From the NCBI GenBank assembly GCA_963667845.2, contig CAXXVL010000002.1:1216001-1280000 (forward strand): a DNA stretch of 64,000 nucleotides. The letters run 5' to 3'. The translations under genes and the position numbers were made by a program. The DNA is from Smithellaceae bacterium. GTDB lineage: Bacteria; Desulfobacterota; Syntrophia; Syntrophales; Smithellaceae. How positions within the stretch are numbered: the stretch's first letter is position 1; every line of letters starts with the position of its first letter. Below the pieces are notes generated by a model. That model was not told the origin of the DNA, did no database searches, and saw only the letters and a program-made list of their open reading frames with translations. Below, in pieces: positions 1-8,568 of this stretch.

Positions 1-416
1 AAAGAATGTGTTCCTTCCGGGGCGTCGTCTTCAATCACAATGACGGACTGCACGTCCGGCACTTTGGCGCGGCAGGCCTGGACCTTGGGAAGAAACATCT
101 TGCTTGTGATCACGACTTTGGCGCCGGAATCCCGGTAGATGTGAGCTGTTTCTTCCTCGCCGATCATATAATTGATAGGGACGATTACGGCCCCGAGCCG
201 CCAGGCGGCGGAAAAGCCATACAAAACCTCCGGGCAGTTGAAGGTTTGGATAATCACCCGGTCGCCGCGTTTGACGCCCAGATTCGCCAAAGCGTGGGCG
301 AGCCTTCTGCTGTGGCGGATGATGTCCAGGTTCGATAGCTCGCGGTCTTCGTAAATGATCTTGGTTAAATCCGGTTTTTCCAGGCCTCTGTCTTCGTTGA
401 GCTTTGCAATATTCAT
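1..416 (-). CDS. AMP-binding long-chain acyl-CoA ligase, N-terminal part (runs off window edge)
   Basis: Manual translation from ATG at 416 (RBS AAGGGAG): MNIAKLNEDRG...RLAHALANLGVKRGDRVIIQTFNCPEVLYGFSAAWRLGAVIVPINY, a typical ANL adenylate-forming enzyme N-terminus. Not in the ORF track because it is truncated. Confidence 0.85.
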   Translation of the reverse strand, partial: MNIAKLNEDRGLEKPDLTKIIYEDRELSNLDIIRHSRRLAHALANLGVKRGDRVIIQTFNCPEVLYGFSAAWRLGAVIVPINYMIGEEETAHIYRDSGAKVVITSKMFLPKVQACRAKVPDVQSVIVIEDDAPEGTHS

Positions 417-776
417 AATCGTCTCCCTTTCCCTGCTACGTGATCATTATGGTTATTATGAACTTTGCTTTTGGCGTTTGAAACAACCGTTCATGGACAT
501 GAACGTCTTAATTCTTTGGGCGATGCCGGGAGAATCCGTTTCTCACCGGCTTTAATCTGCTGCAAACTCAAGACGAGGTGGAAGAGTCAACGATCCGATA
601 AGTTTTTTCCCATTTTGCGTCATCGTAGCATAAAAGCGTTATCAATAAAAGATGATCTCTTTGATCCATGGACAAATAGATCATCGGGACTAATTTATGC
701 TTTTGATGAAATTGATATTGACCGGTAAAGGCGTTCTCTGTATATACGCGCACCCATTGATAGAGGTTCCGATTGC

Positions 777-1256
777 ATGACGAAAGAGAGCAGAATAGCG
801 AAATCTTCGGCTGGCCGCCGCACGCGGGTAGGAGAATCCGGTGTCCACGGTAAAGGGGTTTACGCCGCGCGGCCGATCAAGGCGGGTGACAGCGTGCTGG
901 AATACAAAGGTGAGATCATCACCTGGCGCAAAGCACTGGCCCGGCATCCCCATGATCCCCGCCAGCCCAATCATACGTTTTACTTTCACCTGGACCACGG
1001 CCATGTGATTGATGCCAAATACGGCGGCAATACGGCGAAATGGATCAACCATTCCTGCGAGCCGAATCTGGAAGCGAGCCAGGACGGATACCGCGTCTTT
1101 CTCAAAGCCTTGCGCGATATTAATCCCGGTGAAGAACTCTTTTATGATTACAGTTTGATTATCGAAGGCCGCAAAACCGCCAGGGTTAAGAAGGAGCACG
1201 CCTGCCTGTGCGGCGCCGCCAACTGCCGCGGGACGATGCTGGATATTCAAAGATGA
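777..1256 (+). CDS. SET domain protein (putative protein-lysine N-methyltransferase)
   Basis: SGVHGKGVYA, KWINHSCEPN, GEELFYDY and post-SET CLCGAANC motifs. Confidence 0.92.
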   Translation: MTKESRIAKSSAGRRTRVGESGVHGKGVYAARPIKAGDSVLEYKGEIITWRKALARHPHDPRQPNHTFYFHLDHGHVIDAKYGGNTAKWINHSCEPNLEASQDGYRVFLKALRDINPGEELFYDYSLIIEGRKTARVKKEHACLCGAANCRGTMLDIQR

Positions 1257-1343
1257 GGGCAGGGATTGTCCGTAAGCGACATCGGCGATCGTCCGTTTCC
1301 TGCAGCCGGTGTGTTTATGTACGGCGTCCAGCCGACTGCTTAT

Positions 1344-2288
1344 TCAGATACAGGCTTTTCTTTCCCGGATAAAATCAGCAAACATTTTGGGCAGCGGCGC
1401 GCGAAGCATCACTTTGCTTTGACTGTCGGGATGCACGAAGTCTATCCGGCTGGCATGCAATGCCTGGCGCGGCAGGAGCAGGCGCGAAAGTAGAGAGGCG
1501 GTAAGGCCGTGCTTGATAAATTCGAGAAAGGCGGTTTTGTCTCTGCCGTAGAGTTTGTCGCCGACAATCGGATAGCCTGCGGCCAGGAGATGGGCGCGGA
1601 TCTGATGAAGCCTGCCCGTTCGGGGAAAACAGCGCACAAGGGAAGTATCTCCGGCACAGAGAACTTTTTGAAATAGTGTCCGGGCTTTTTCCGTTCCTTC
1701 CGCCCAGGCTTTGCGTTTCTTGCTCACGGAGGATTCCGGATCACGCCCCAGAGGCAAATCAAGGATCAACTCCTCATCGGGGAAAATGCCGTGCACCAGA
1801 GCAAGATATTCTTTTGTTCCGGAAGCGAGCGCGCAGGCCAGTCTCCGCACGCTTTCGCCGTCAAACGCCAGCAGAATGACACCCGATGTTTCGCGATCGA
1901 TGCGGTGCACCGGATAAACCTTCCGCCCATAGCGGTCCGCAAGCAATGCCGTCAGCGTATGGTTAAAATACCGCCCCGCAGGATGAACCGGCAGATTTCC
2001 CGTTTTATTGACGGCGACCAGCCATTTGTCCTCATAGAGGATCGTGATTTCCCGATCAACTTTCGGTTCAATAATGCCGCTGCCGTCCCAGGCCAGCTTT
2101 TCGCAGCCCTGCAGCATCATCTCGGGATCGGTGACAGCGACGCCGTCCACCGATAGTTTCCTTTCGGTAATTTCCTTGCTCCACTGATTCCGTGTAAAAT
2201 AGGTAAAGCGGCGAGCACAGTAGTCGGCAAGTGTTTCCGGTGCCGAAAGTGGCCTAATGGTGGTCGTGATAATCCGCTGAGACATCAT
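1344..2288 (-). CDS. RluA/RluD family pseudouridine synthase
   Basis: VHRIDRETSG catalytic motif, GRLHQIRAHL, GYPIVGDKLY, RQALHA. Start trimmed to MMSQR at 2288. Confidence 0.9.
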   Translation of the reverse strand: MMSQRIITTTIRPLSAPETLADYCARRFTYFTRNQWSKEITERKLSVDGVAVTDPEMMLQGCEKLAWDGSGIIEPKVDREITILYEDKWLVAVNKTGNLPVHPAGRYFNHTLTALLADRYGRKVYPVHRIDRETSGVILLAFDGESVRRLACALASGTKEYLALVHGIFPDEELILDLPLGRDPESSVSKKRKAWAEGTEKARTLFQKVLCAGDTSLVRCFPRTGRLHQIRAHLLAAGYPIVGDKLYGRDKTAFLEFIKHGLTASLLSRLLLPRQALHASRIDFVHPDSQSKVMLRAPLPKMFADFIRERKACI

Positions 2289-2781
2289 CGCTGGGGCAAC
2301 TCTCTTTCTTTTTTGCTTCATTTTCGATTTTGAGCTGCCGGACCAGGAAACTGTCGAGCTGATTGGCAAAAGCCTGGCGGTCTTTTTTACTGAAGGCGGC
2401 GGGCCCTCCGGTGATCTGGTTGATGTCTCTCAAATCAGTGAGCAAATCGCGCATGGCCAGCCGGTCCTTGATATTGTGCTCGGTGTAGAGCGTTCCCCGC
2501 GGATTCATCGCAAAGGCATTCTTGGCGACAACGCGATCGGCAAGCGGGATGTCGGCGGTAATCACGAGATCACCGGGCAAAACAAGTTCAGCGATTCGGT
2601 CATCGGCTACGTCCGGCCCCCCGGGAACCAGGATCAGCGAGAGATGAGGCAGGTCTTCCAGGCGCAGGGGTTTGTTGGCGACAAAAATCAGCGGAATATT
2701 CAGGCGCAAGGATGCCTTAATCAGGATGTCTCTGATGATGTTCGGAAAGGCGTCTGCATCGATAAATATCTGCATGGGCAA
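2254..2781 (-). CDS. YaiI/YqxD family protein (DUF188, PIN-like)
   Basis: IFIDADAFP, DVADDRI, GDLVITADIPLA, NPRGTLYT motifs. Confidence 0.88.
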   Translation of the reverse strand: MPMQIFIDADAFPNIIRDILIKASLRLNIPLIFVANKPLRLEDLPHLSLILVPGGPDVADDRIAELVLPGDLVITADIPLADRVVAKNAFAMNPRGTLYTEHNIKDRLAMRDLLTDLRDINQITGGPAAFSKKDRQAFANQLDSFLVRQLKIENEAKKKESCPSDDVSADYHDHH

Positions 2782-2795
2782 CCACCGGCCAGCCG

Positions 2796-3491
2796 CTACT
2801 TCTTCAGGATGACAAGGGCGTCTACGGCCACCGGCCGGCCGTCCTTCACGACGAGGGGATTGATATCGATCTCGGCGATCTCATCGTGCATGAGCCCAAG
2901 ATTGCCGATGCCCACCAGGGCTTGAGCCAGAACATCGCGGTCGACGGCTTTTTCTCCCCGGAAAGCGTCGAGAAGCTTTGTCGCCCGGATTTCACCGATC
3001 ATCTCCAGAGCGTCGCCTTCGCTAAGCGGCGCCACGCGGAAGCTGACGTCTTTCATGGCTTCCGTGAAAATACCGCCCAGGCCGAACATGACTGCCGGAC
3101 CGAACTGCGGATCGCGGGTCAGGCCGATCACAAATTCGCGCTGACCTTTGACCATTTCCTGAACGAGGACAGAGTCGAGGTCAATTCCTTTTCCCGTGAG
3201 TTCATCATAGGTCCGGGCCACATCCTCCCTGTCTTTCAGATTCAGGCGCACCATGTCCATTTCGGTCTTGTGTGTGAGTGCGGGTGCCGATCCCTTGAGG
3301 GCGACGGGAAAGCCGATGGCGGCCGCCTGATCGATGGCCTCCTGCCGCGAATGAGCCAGGATCTCGCGCGTTACCGGCACGCCGGCGGCGGCGATCACCT
3401 GCTTGGATTCATATTCCGAAAGCGCCTGCCGGCCGCTCTGCGCTGCATTGCGGATCAATGCCGCTATATTGTTTCTGGTTCCGCCTGTCAT
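2796..3491 (-). CDS. ADP-forming acetate/acyl-CoA ligase, beta (ATP-grasp) subunit
   Basis: LSEYESK, GFPVALK, HKTE, VQEMV, DPQFGPAVMFGLGG, EIDINPL motifs. Confidence 0.9.
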   Translation of the reverse strand: MTGGTRNNIAALIRNAAQSGRQALSEYESKQVIAAAGVPVTREILAHSRQEAIDQAAAIGFPVALKGSAPALTHKTEMDMVRLNLKDREDVARTYDELTGKGIDLDSVLVQEMVKGQREFVIGLTRDPQFGPAVMFGLGGIFTEAMKDVSFRVAPLSEGDALEMIGEIRATKLLDAFRGEKAVDRDVLAQALVGIGNLGLMHDEIAEIDINPLVVKDGRPVAVDALVILKK

Positions 3492-4927
3492 GACACGGCC
3501 TCCTTCGTTTCCCGGTCCGCTTTTGCAAATGGAGCCAAACGGGATGTATCGTTGCCTATCATGTTTCTCTTCAGGAGAGATTCATAATAGGACGATGAGA
3601 CCGACAAGGCGCGCACGGCCTGCTCGGTTGTCTCAAAAATAGGGATCCGGTGTTTGGCGCGGATGGCGATGGTCTTGGCGACGGCATTCGGGGTGTAGAT
3701 CGCTGCGGGTTTATTGTAGTGTTTGCACATCTTCTGAAGTTCGAGCAGGCAATCGATCACAAAAGGCTGCCAGACGCTGAGCAGCGGCAAAAGCCCGTCC
3801 ACTTCTTTTGCGGACAAAAGGATGTCGAAAATATCCAGATAGGTCTGCGGCGGCGCCGGGCCGATGTCCACCGGGTTTTTGATGTTGAAGACTTGCCCGG
3901 CCTTTTTTAATTTCTCCTGTGTTTCGGGAGCCAGTCGCACCATCTGCAATCCTGCCTGAACCAGCAGATCGGCGCCGATGCTGCCGAAGGCGCCGGAATT
4001 GGTAAACGCAGCGATCCGCTTCCCGCTGAGGAGCGGCATTTCGGTAAACATCTTCGGGAGCGAATGAAGTTCGTCAATCGATTGCAGGCGGATGATTCCG
4101 GCCTGCCGGCAGGCGCTGTCAAAGACGGCATCGTTGTTGGCCATGCCTGCCGTATGCGACATGGCGGCGTTTGCGCCTTCCTGAGTTCTGCCGACCTTAT
4201 AAATGAGAATCGGCTTGACGGATCTGCGGGCAGCCTCCATCAATTTGCGGCCTGTGGCCAGGTTCTCCAGATAGATGCCGATGATTTCAGTTTCGTCCTT
4301 TTGAAAATACTCGATCAGGTCCGCTTCGTCCACATCGCATTTATTGCCGATGCTGACGACTTTGTTGATGCCGACCAGGTCATAGTAGAGGGATTCCATG
4401 ACCAGCACAACCACGCCGCCGCTTTGAATAATATAGGACACGGTGCCCGGCGATTCGAAGATTTGTTTCATCTCTACGAGGCTCGGGTTCACGCCGTAGA
4501 AGCAGCAGAATTTATTGCGCGTGCTGAGCGTCCCGAGGCAGTTGGGCCCCATGATGCGGATGCCGCTGGCTCTGGCAATCTCGTCGATTTCCCTCTGCAT
4601 CGCTTCACCGTCGTGGCCGCCTTCGGAGAAACCGGCGCTCTCAATGACAATGCGGTTGATTCCTTTTCGCGCGCAGTCCCGGATGATGGCCGGCACATGG
4701 CGCGCCGCGACGATGATCACCGCCAGATCCGGTGCAATCGGCAGATCGAGGACCGATGAATAGCCCGGATACCCTTTGACGGCCTCCCCTTTGGAATTGA
4801 CCGCATAGACGGTTCCGGAATACCGAAGATAATCTTTCAGCATGTCGCAAATGGTGGCTCCCAGATTAAAGGGAGCATTCGAAGCGCCGATGACAACAAC
4901 GGATTGAGGATTGAAGAATCGTTCCAC
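3488..4927 (-). CDS. ADP-forming acetate/acyl-CoA ligase, alpha (CoA-binding) subunit
   Basis: FNPQSVVVIGAS, SAGFSE, GPNCLG, QSGG, SIGNKCDV, phospho-His motif SHTAG, NPVDIG. Overlaps the beta subunit start. Confidence 0.9.
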   Translation of the reverse strand: MERFFNPQSVVVIGASNAPFNLGATICDMLKDYLRYSGTVYAVNSKGEAVKGYPGYSSVLDLPIAPDLAVIIVAARHVPAIIRDCARKGINRIVIESAGFSEGGHDGEAMQREIDEIARASGIRIMGPNCLGTLSTRNKFCCFYGVNPSLVEMKQIFESPGTVSYIIQSGGVVVLVMESLYYDLVGINKVVSIGNKCDVDEADLIEYFQKDETEIIGIYLENLATGRKLMEAARRSVKPILIYKVGRTQEGANAAMSHTAGMANNDAVFDSACRQAGIIRLQSIDELHSLPKMFTEMPLLSGKRIAAFTNSGAFGSIGADLLVQAGLQMVRLAPETQEKLKKAGQVFNIKNPVDIGPAPPQTYLDIFDILLSAKEVDGLLPLLSVWQPFVIDCLLELQKMCKHYNKPAAIYTPNAVAKTIAIRAKHRIPIFETTEQAVRALSVSSSYYESLLKRNMIGNDTSRLAPFAKADRETKEAVS

Positions 4928-5000
4928 GAAACACCTGCCTGATTGCGAATTTTGCAGCGCTTAAAAGCGCAAAACTTGCAGTTTTTGTCAAGCAGGAAAT

Positions 5001-5990
5001 CTAAGCCAGCTCTTCTTCTTTGATCGGCAGTGTAAAGTAGAAGGTGGCGCCATTCCCGGGCGCACCTGTGGCCCAGACGCGCCCGCCGTGGCGGCGGATG
5101 ATGCGCGAAACGAGCGCCAGGCCGACTCCCGTACCTTCAAATTCATCGGAACTGTGAATGCGTTGAAAAACGTTAAAGAGCTTGTCATAGAAAGCCATGT
5201 CAAACCCGATGCCGTTGTCCTGGACGCAGTATACGTTCTCCCGGTCTACACGATTTCCACCGACCGTAATCACGGCCCGGTCGGCGAGCCTGGTGAATTT
5301 GACGGCGTTCGCGAGCAGGTTCGTAAGCACTTCCCGGATCAGGACACGGTCACCGTAGGCGGCAGGGAGTGCGTCGTTTTGCAAAACCATATCCCGTCCC
5401 GGATTCAAGACGCGGAGCTCTTCCCATGTTTCATCGATCAGGAGGTTCATATCGAAATCGGATGACCGGATGGCGCTGCGGCCGAACCGCGAGAGGGCCA
5501 GAAGCCCTTCAATCATCTTCTCCATTTTTTGCGCGTTATCCCGGATGACATTAAAATTGTGCTGTTCTTCTTCGGTGAGTTTTTCTCCGATATTGCGCAA
5601 GAGAATTTTGGAAAAACCATCGATGGCCCTGAGCGGGGCGCGCAGGTCATGAGACACGGAATAACTGAAGCTCTCCAGGTCCCTCTTTGCAGACTCGACT
5701 TCCTTAAAGCCGCGATGGGTGAACTCAAAGGGCACAAGACATTCCGTTAATAGAGCGTGCGTCAGCTTGACGACCTTGACGCACTCTTCCTTTGATGAGG
5801 CCTTCGATAACAAATCGAGCTGGAGCTCCATATGTACGGAAAGAACGTTCATGACGCCCAGTCCGTCCTGGACGGCCTGGTGCCCCACTTCGTAAGCACA
5901 TTCCAGCGCCGCCTCGCCCGCTCCTCCGAGGCATTGTTCCAGGGTGTCTCTGTATTTCGTTTCCAGTTTATTGAGAGCTGCTTTCATCAT
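5001..5990 (-). CDS. Soluble histidine kinase with RsbU N-terminal (RsbT-docking)-like domain
   Basis: N-terminal helical segment (YRDTLEQCL...EAALECAYEVGHQAVQDGLGVMNVLSVH) resembles RsbU_N. H-box SYSVSHDLRAPL, N-box NLLANAVKF, DNGIGF, GTGVGL. TGATG coupling with rsbX. Confidence 0.85.
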   Translation of the reverse strand: MMKAALNKLETKYRDTLEQCLGGAGEAALECAYEVGHQAVQDGLGVMNVLSVHMELQLDLLSKASSKEECVKVVKLTHALLTECLVPFEFTHRGFKEVESAKRDLESFSYSVSHDLRAPLRAIDGFSKILLRNIGEKLTEEEQHNFNVIRDNAQKMEKMIEGLLALSRFGRSAIRSSDFDMNLLIDETWEELRVLNPGRDMVLQNDALPAAYGDRVLIREVLTNLLANAVKFTRLADRAVITVGGNRVDRENVYCVQDNGIGFDMAFYDKLFNVFQRIHSSDEFEGTGVGLALVSRIIRRHGGRVWATGAPGNGATFYFTLPIKEEELA

Positions 5991-6598
5991 CAACCCACAT
6001 AACGCGCGACCAGCACCAGGGCGTCATCGGTCTTCTTTCCGCATTGGGCAAGGATTTGATCGGCGATCTGTTGGGGAGAATCTTTGCAGTTGACTTCCCG
6101 GTTAAAGCTGCCGGAAATGCCGTCGGTCGCCAGCACGAGCGTGTCGCCCCTGAAAACGGTCAAGACGGAGGAATGAAGCGGCGGAAGCTGGTAGCCCACA
6201 ACACCTCCCCGCATCGGCAGGGATTCGTGCGGCGGTACGACATCGGCGCCGGAGCGCATCAAATACCCCTCCACATTGCCGATGCCCATCCAGATTATCG
6301 TTTTCTGTAAAACGTCGAGAAAGGCCAGACTCATGACGACTCCCCGGGTTCTGGCGAGCGCCTCATGGCATTCTCTGCTTAATTGAAAAAGATCATCGGA
6401 CCGGCTGTTCATCAGTGTGCCTGCAGCAATCTGGGAGGCTCGATAGGCTTCTTCTCCGTGCCCGAGTCCGTCGATGACGGCAATGAGGATGCCGGTTTCC
6501 GATTGCCGGATGGTGTAAGCATCGCCCGAATAGTGGTTGCCGGCAAGAGGCAAGTCGGCAACTCCCCACTCTATGACGGTTGCGGCTAGTTCTTCCAT
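5990..6598 (-). CDS. rsbX: RsbX-like PP2C/SpoIIE serine phosphatase
   Basis: SGDAY, IDGLGHG, LATDGI, DDALVL PP2C motifs. Lies directly downstream of rsbT. Start trimmed to MEELAA. Confidence 0.85.
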   Translation of the reverse strand: MEELAATVIEWGVADLPLAGNHYSGDAYTIRQSETGILIAVIDGLGHGEEAYRASQIAAGTLMNSRSDDLFQLSRECHEALARTRGVVMSLAFLDVLQKTIIWMGIGNVEGYLMRSGADVVPPHESLPMRGGVVGYQLPPLHSSVLTVFRGDTLVLATDGISGSFNREVNCKDSPQQIADQILAQCGKKTDDALVLVARYVG

Positions 6599-6993
6599 TT
6601 CTTTACGGTCACGACGGTTCCTTTTCCGACCCTGGAGGAGATGCTGAAATCGGTCATGATGCGTTTGCATCCCGGCAGGCCCAGACCCAGTCCCTTGCTC
6701 GTGGAATATCCGTCCTGCATGGCCAGTTCGATATTGGGAATGCCGGGCCCGTTGTCTTTGGCGACGATGGCGATTCCCTTCTTGTCTCCGGTTTCGACAA
6801 GGCTCATCGCAATCTCGCCTGCCTTGGCATATTCAATAATGTTGCGCGCCAGTTCGGAGATCGCCGTGGCCACGAGAGTCTGGTCAACACTGGAAAAGTC
6901 GAGGCGGTTGCACAGTTCGCGCACTTTTTGCCGCGCCGTGACAATGTCGCCTTCATGATTGATCGGGACGCGGATGTTATTGTTGTCTTCCAT
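6586..6993 (-). CDS. rsbT: RsbT serine/threonine kinase (stressosome switch kinase)
   Basis: ISELARNIIEYA, DNGPGI, DGYSTSKGLGLGLPG motifs. Confidence 0.93.
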   Translation of the reverse strand: MEDNNNIRVPINHEGDIVTARQKVRELCNRLDFSSVDQTLVATAISELARNIIEYAKAGEIAMSLVETGDKKGIAIVAKDNGPGIPNIELAMQDGYSTSKGLGLGLPGCKRIMTDFSISSRVGKGTVVTVKKWKN

Positions 6994-6997
6994 ACCT

Positions 6998-7357
6998 TCA
7001 GCGGCCTTTTAAGCCGATATCCAGCAAAGCGGTCCCTTCTTCCAGATCGAGGGCCGTTGCAACATCGCCAAGCGTAAGCCCCAATTGAACCATGGAAAAA
7101 GCTACCTCCGGCTGAATGCCGACAATGACAGGTTTCGCGCCGCCCAGCTTGACCATCTGGGCGATCTCGCGCAACGTGCGGGCGGCAAAGGAATCCATCA
7201 CATCCAGAACCGTAACATCGACAATAACACCCCGGGACCGGAATTTGACGACCCGCTGGGCCAGGAGTTGACGCAGTTCCTTCCAGTCGGTATCACTCGG
7301 TGCGGACTGAATGGACGCGATCAGGTAGGAACCCTGTTTGAGAATCGGAATACTCAT
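6998..7357 (-). CDS. rsbS: RsbS STAS protein
   Basis: MSIPILK, VIVDVTVLDVMDSF (phospho-Ser), GIQPEVA, TALDLEEG. Confidence 0.93.
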   Translation of the reverse strand: MSIPILKQGSYLIASIQSAPSDTDWKELRQLLAQRVVKFRSRGVIVDVTVLDVMDSFAARTLREIAQMVKLGGAKPVIVGIQPEVAFSMVQLGLTLGDVATALDLEEGTALLDIGLKGR

Positions 7358-8268
7358 AGTGCGTCCTTATCATAAGGTGTTGCGGAGTTATTTTCTCTGT
7401 GCGTGCGATAGCCCAGCATTCTGTCCGCTTCTTCGATGCCGCCCTGCAGGTCGCCCACCGTTTTCAGTCCGGCCAGGTCAACGCCGATGGTGACCAGCGC
7501 TTGGGCAACGTCCGGGGACAATCCCGTGACAATGACTTTGGCGCCCATCAGACGCGCTGCGGCAACGGTCTGGAGGAGATGATTCGCAATTTTGGAATCG
7601 ACGGCGGGAACGCCGGTGATATCGATGACGACGGTCTGGGCCCGGTTGTCTCGAATAGCGCGCAGCAACTGTTCCGTAATTTGCTTGGCGCGTAAAGAAT
7701 CGATCAGCCCGATGATGGGCAGAATCAACATGCCTTCGCGCACCTGCAATACGGGTGTGGAGAGCTCACGGATCGCTTCCTGCTGCTGCCTCACAACATT
7801 TTCACGTTCGCGAATAAACGCCATGGCAACGATAGCAATAATATTGCCGGCCACCGGTTCATAAATATCGAGTGCCGCGGTCAAGCGGTCCGTATCCCGA
7901 AGGTACTTAAAGAAAAGACTGCGGCCGTAAACGTCGCGCAGAGTCAGCATGCCCCCCAGGATCTGCTCGGAGGTCATGCCGCGCAGAACGCCGCGCTCCG
8001 CCATGCGCTTGGCGTAGGCTTCGGCGGAATCATAGCGATAGGTTTCCAGGCATTCCACGCAGGTATCGTAAATTGTCGCCGATTCGACTTCCAGTTCCTG
8101 AGCGGTTAATCCTTCGAGCATCTTCTTGCTGGTCATCAGATGGACCCATTCCCGCCGGAGTGATGTTCGCTCCTGTCGGAAATGCTTTACCAATTCCTGG
8201 ACCAGGTCATCATTCTTCCTGTTTTTCCTGTTTGATACGTTTTTGCTGTCCCCTTTTTCCATAACCAT
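7354..8268 (-). CDS. rsbR: RsbR stressosome scaffold/sensor (helical N-domain + STAS)
   Basis: QQEAIRELSTPV linker, IDITGVPAVDS, STAS domain. First gene of the RST module. Confidence 0.92.
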   Translation of the reverse strand: MVMEKGDSKNVSNRKNRKNDDLVQELVKHFRQERTSLRREWVHLMTSKKMLEGLTAQELEVESATIYDTCVECLETYRYDSAEAYAKRMAERGVLRGMTSEQILGGMLTLRDVYGRSLFFKYLRDTDRLTAALDIYEPVAGNIIAIVAMAFIRERENVVRQQQEAIRELSTPVLQVREGMLILPIIGLIDSLRAKQITEQLLRAIRDNRAQTVVIDITGVPAVDSKIANHLLQTVAAARLMGAKVIVTGLSPDVAQALVTIGVDLAGLKTVGDLQGGIEEADRMLGYRTHRENNSATPYDKDAL

Positions 8269-8352
8269 CCCCCTCCCCCAATCGGATGCGTAATGCTGTT
8301 CCAGATCATTTTTTAATGATTATAAAAATAATTGCACTGCCTGCTAAATGCA

Positions 8353-8385
8353 AAAACCCCGTTCTTTTTCAAGTTACGGGGTTTT
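8353..8385. other. Stem-loop upstream of rsbR (possible terminator or regulatory hairpin)
   Basis: AAAACCCCGT ... ACGGGGTTTT inverted repeat. Confidence 0.4.
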
Positions 8386-8530
8386 AATGATAAGCTCATG
8401 GCCTGCTCACAATTAAAATGTTGATAAATGTTAAGACGATCGACGGTAATCGCCTACCACAATTTACGCTGTAAATCTACTATAAAAGAAAATTCTTAAG
8501 ACGGCAGCGTCAAAATCTACGCTAATACAT

Positions 8531-8564
8531 ATGGATTGACATTTGCAATGTCAAATCTATCCAT
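8531..8564. other. Palindrome just 3' of the alanine dehydrogenase gene (terminator or operator)
   Basis: TTGACATT-TGC-AATGTCAA core flanked by ATGGA/TCCAT. Confidence 0.4.
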
Positions 8565-8568
8565 GCCA

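Noticed and set aside
417..776. Short ORFs 465-728 (+) and 568-753 (-)
   Set aside because: No RBS or motif support. More likely a divergent promoter region.
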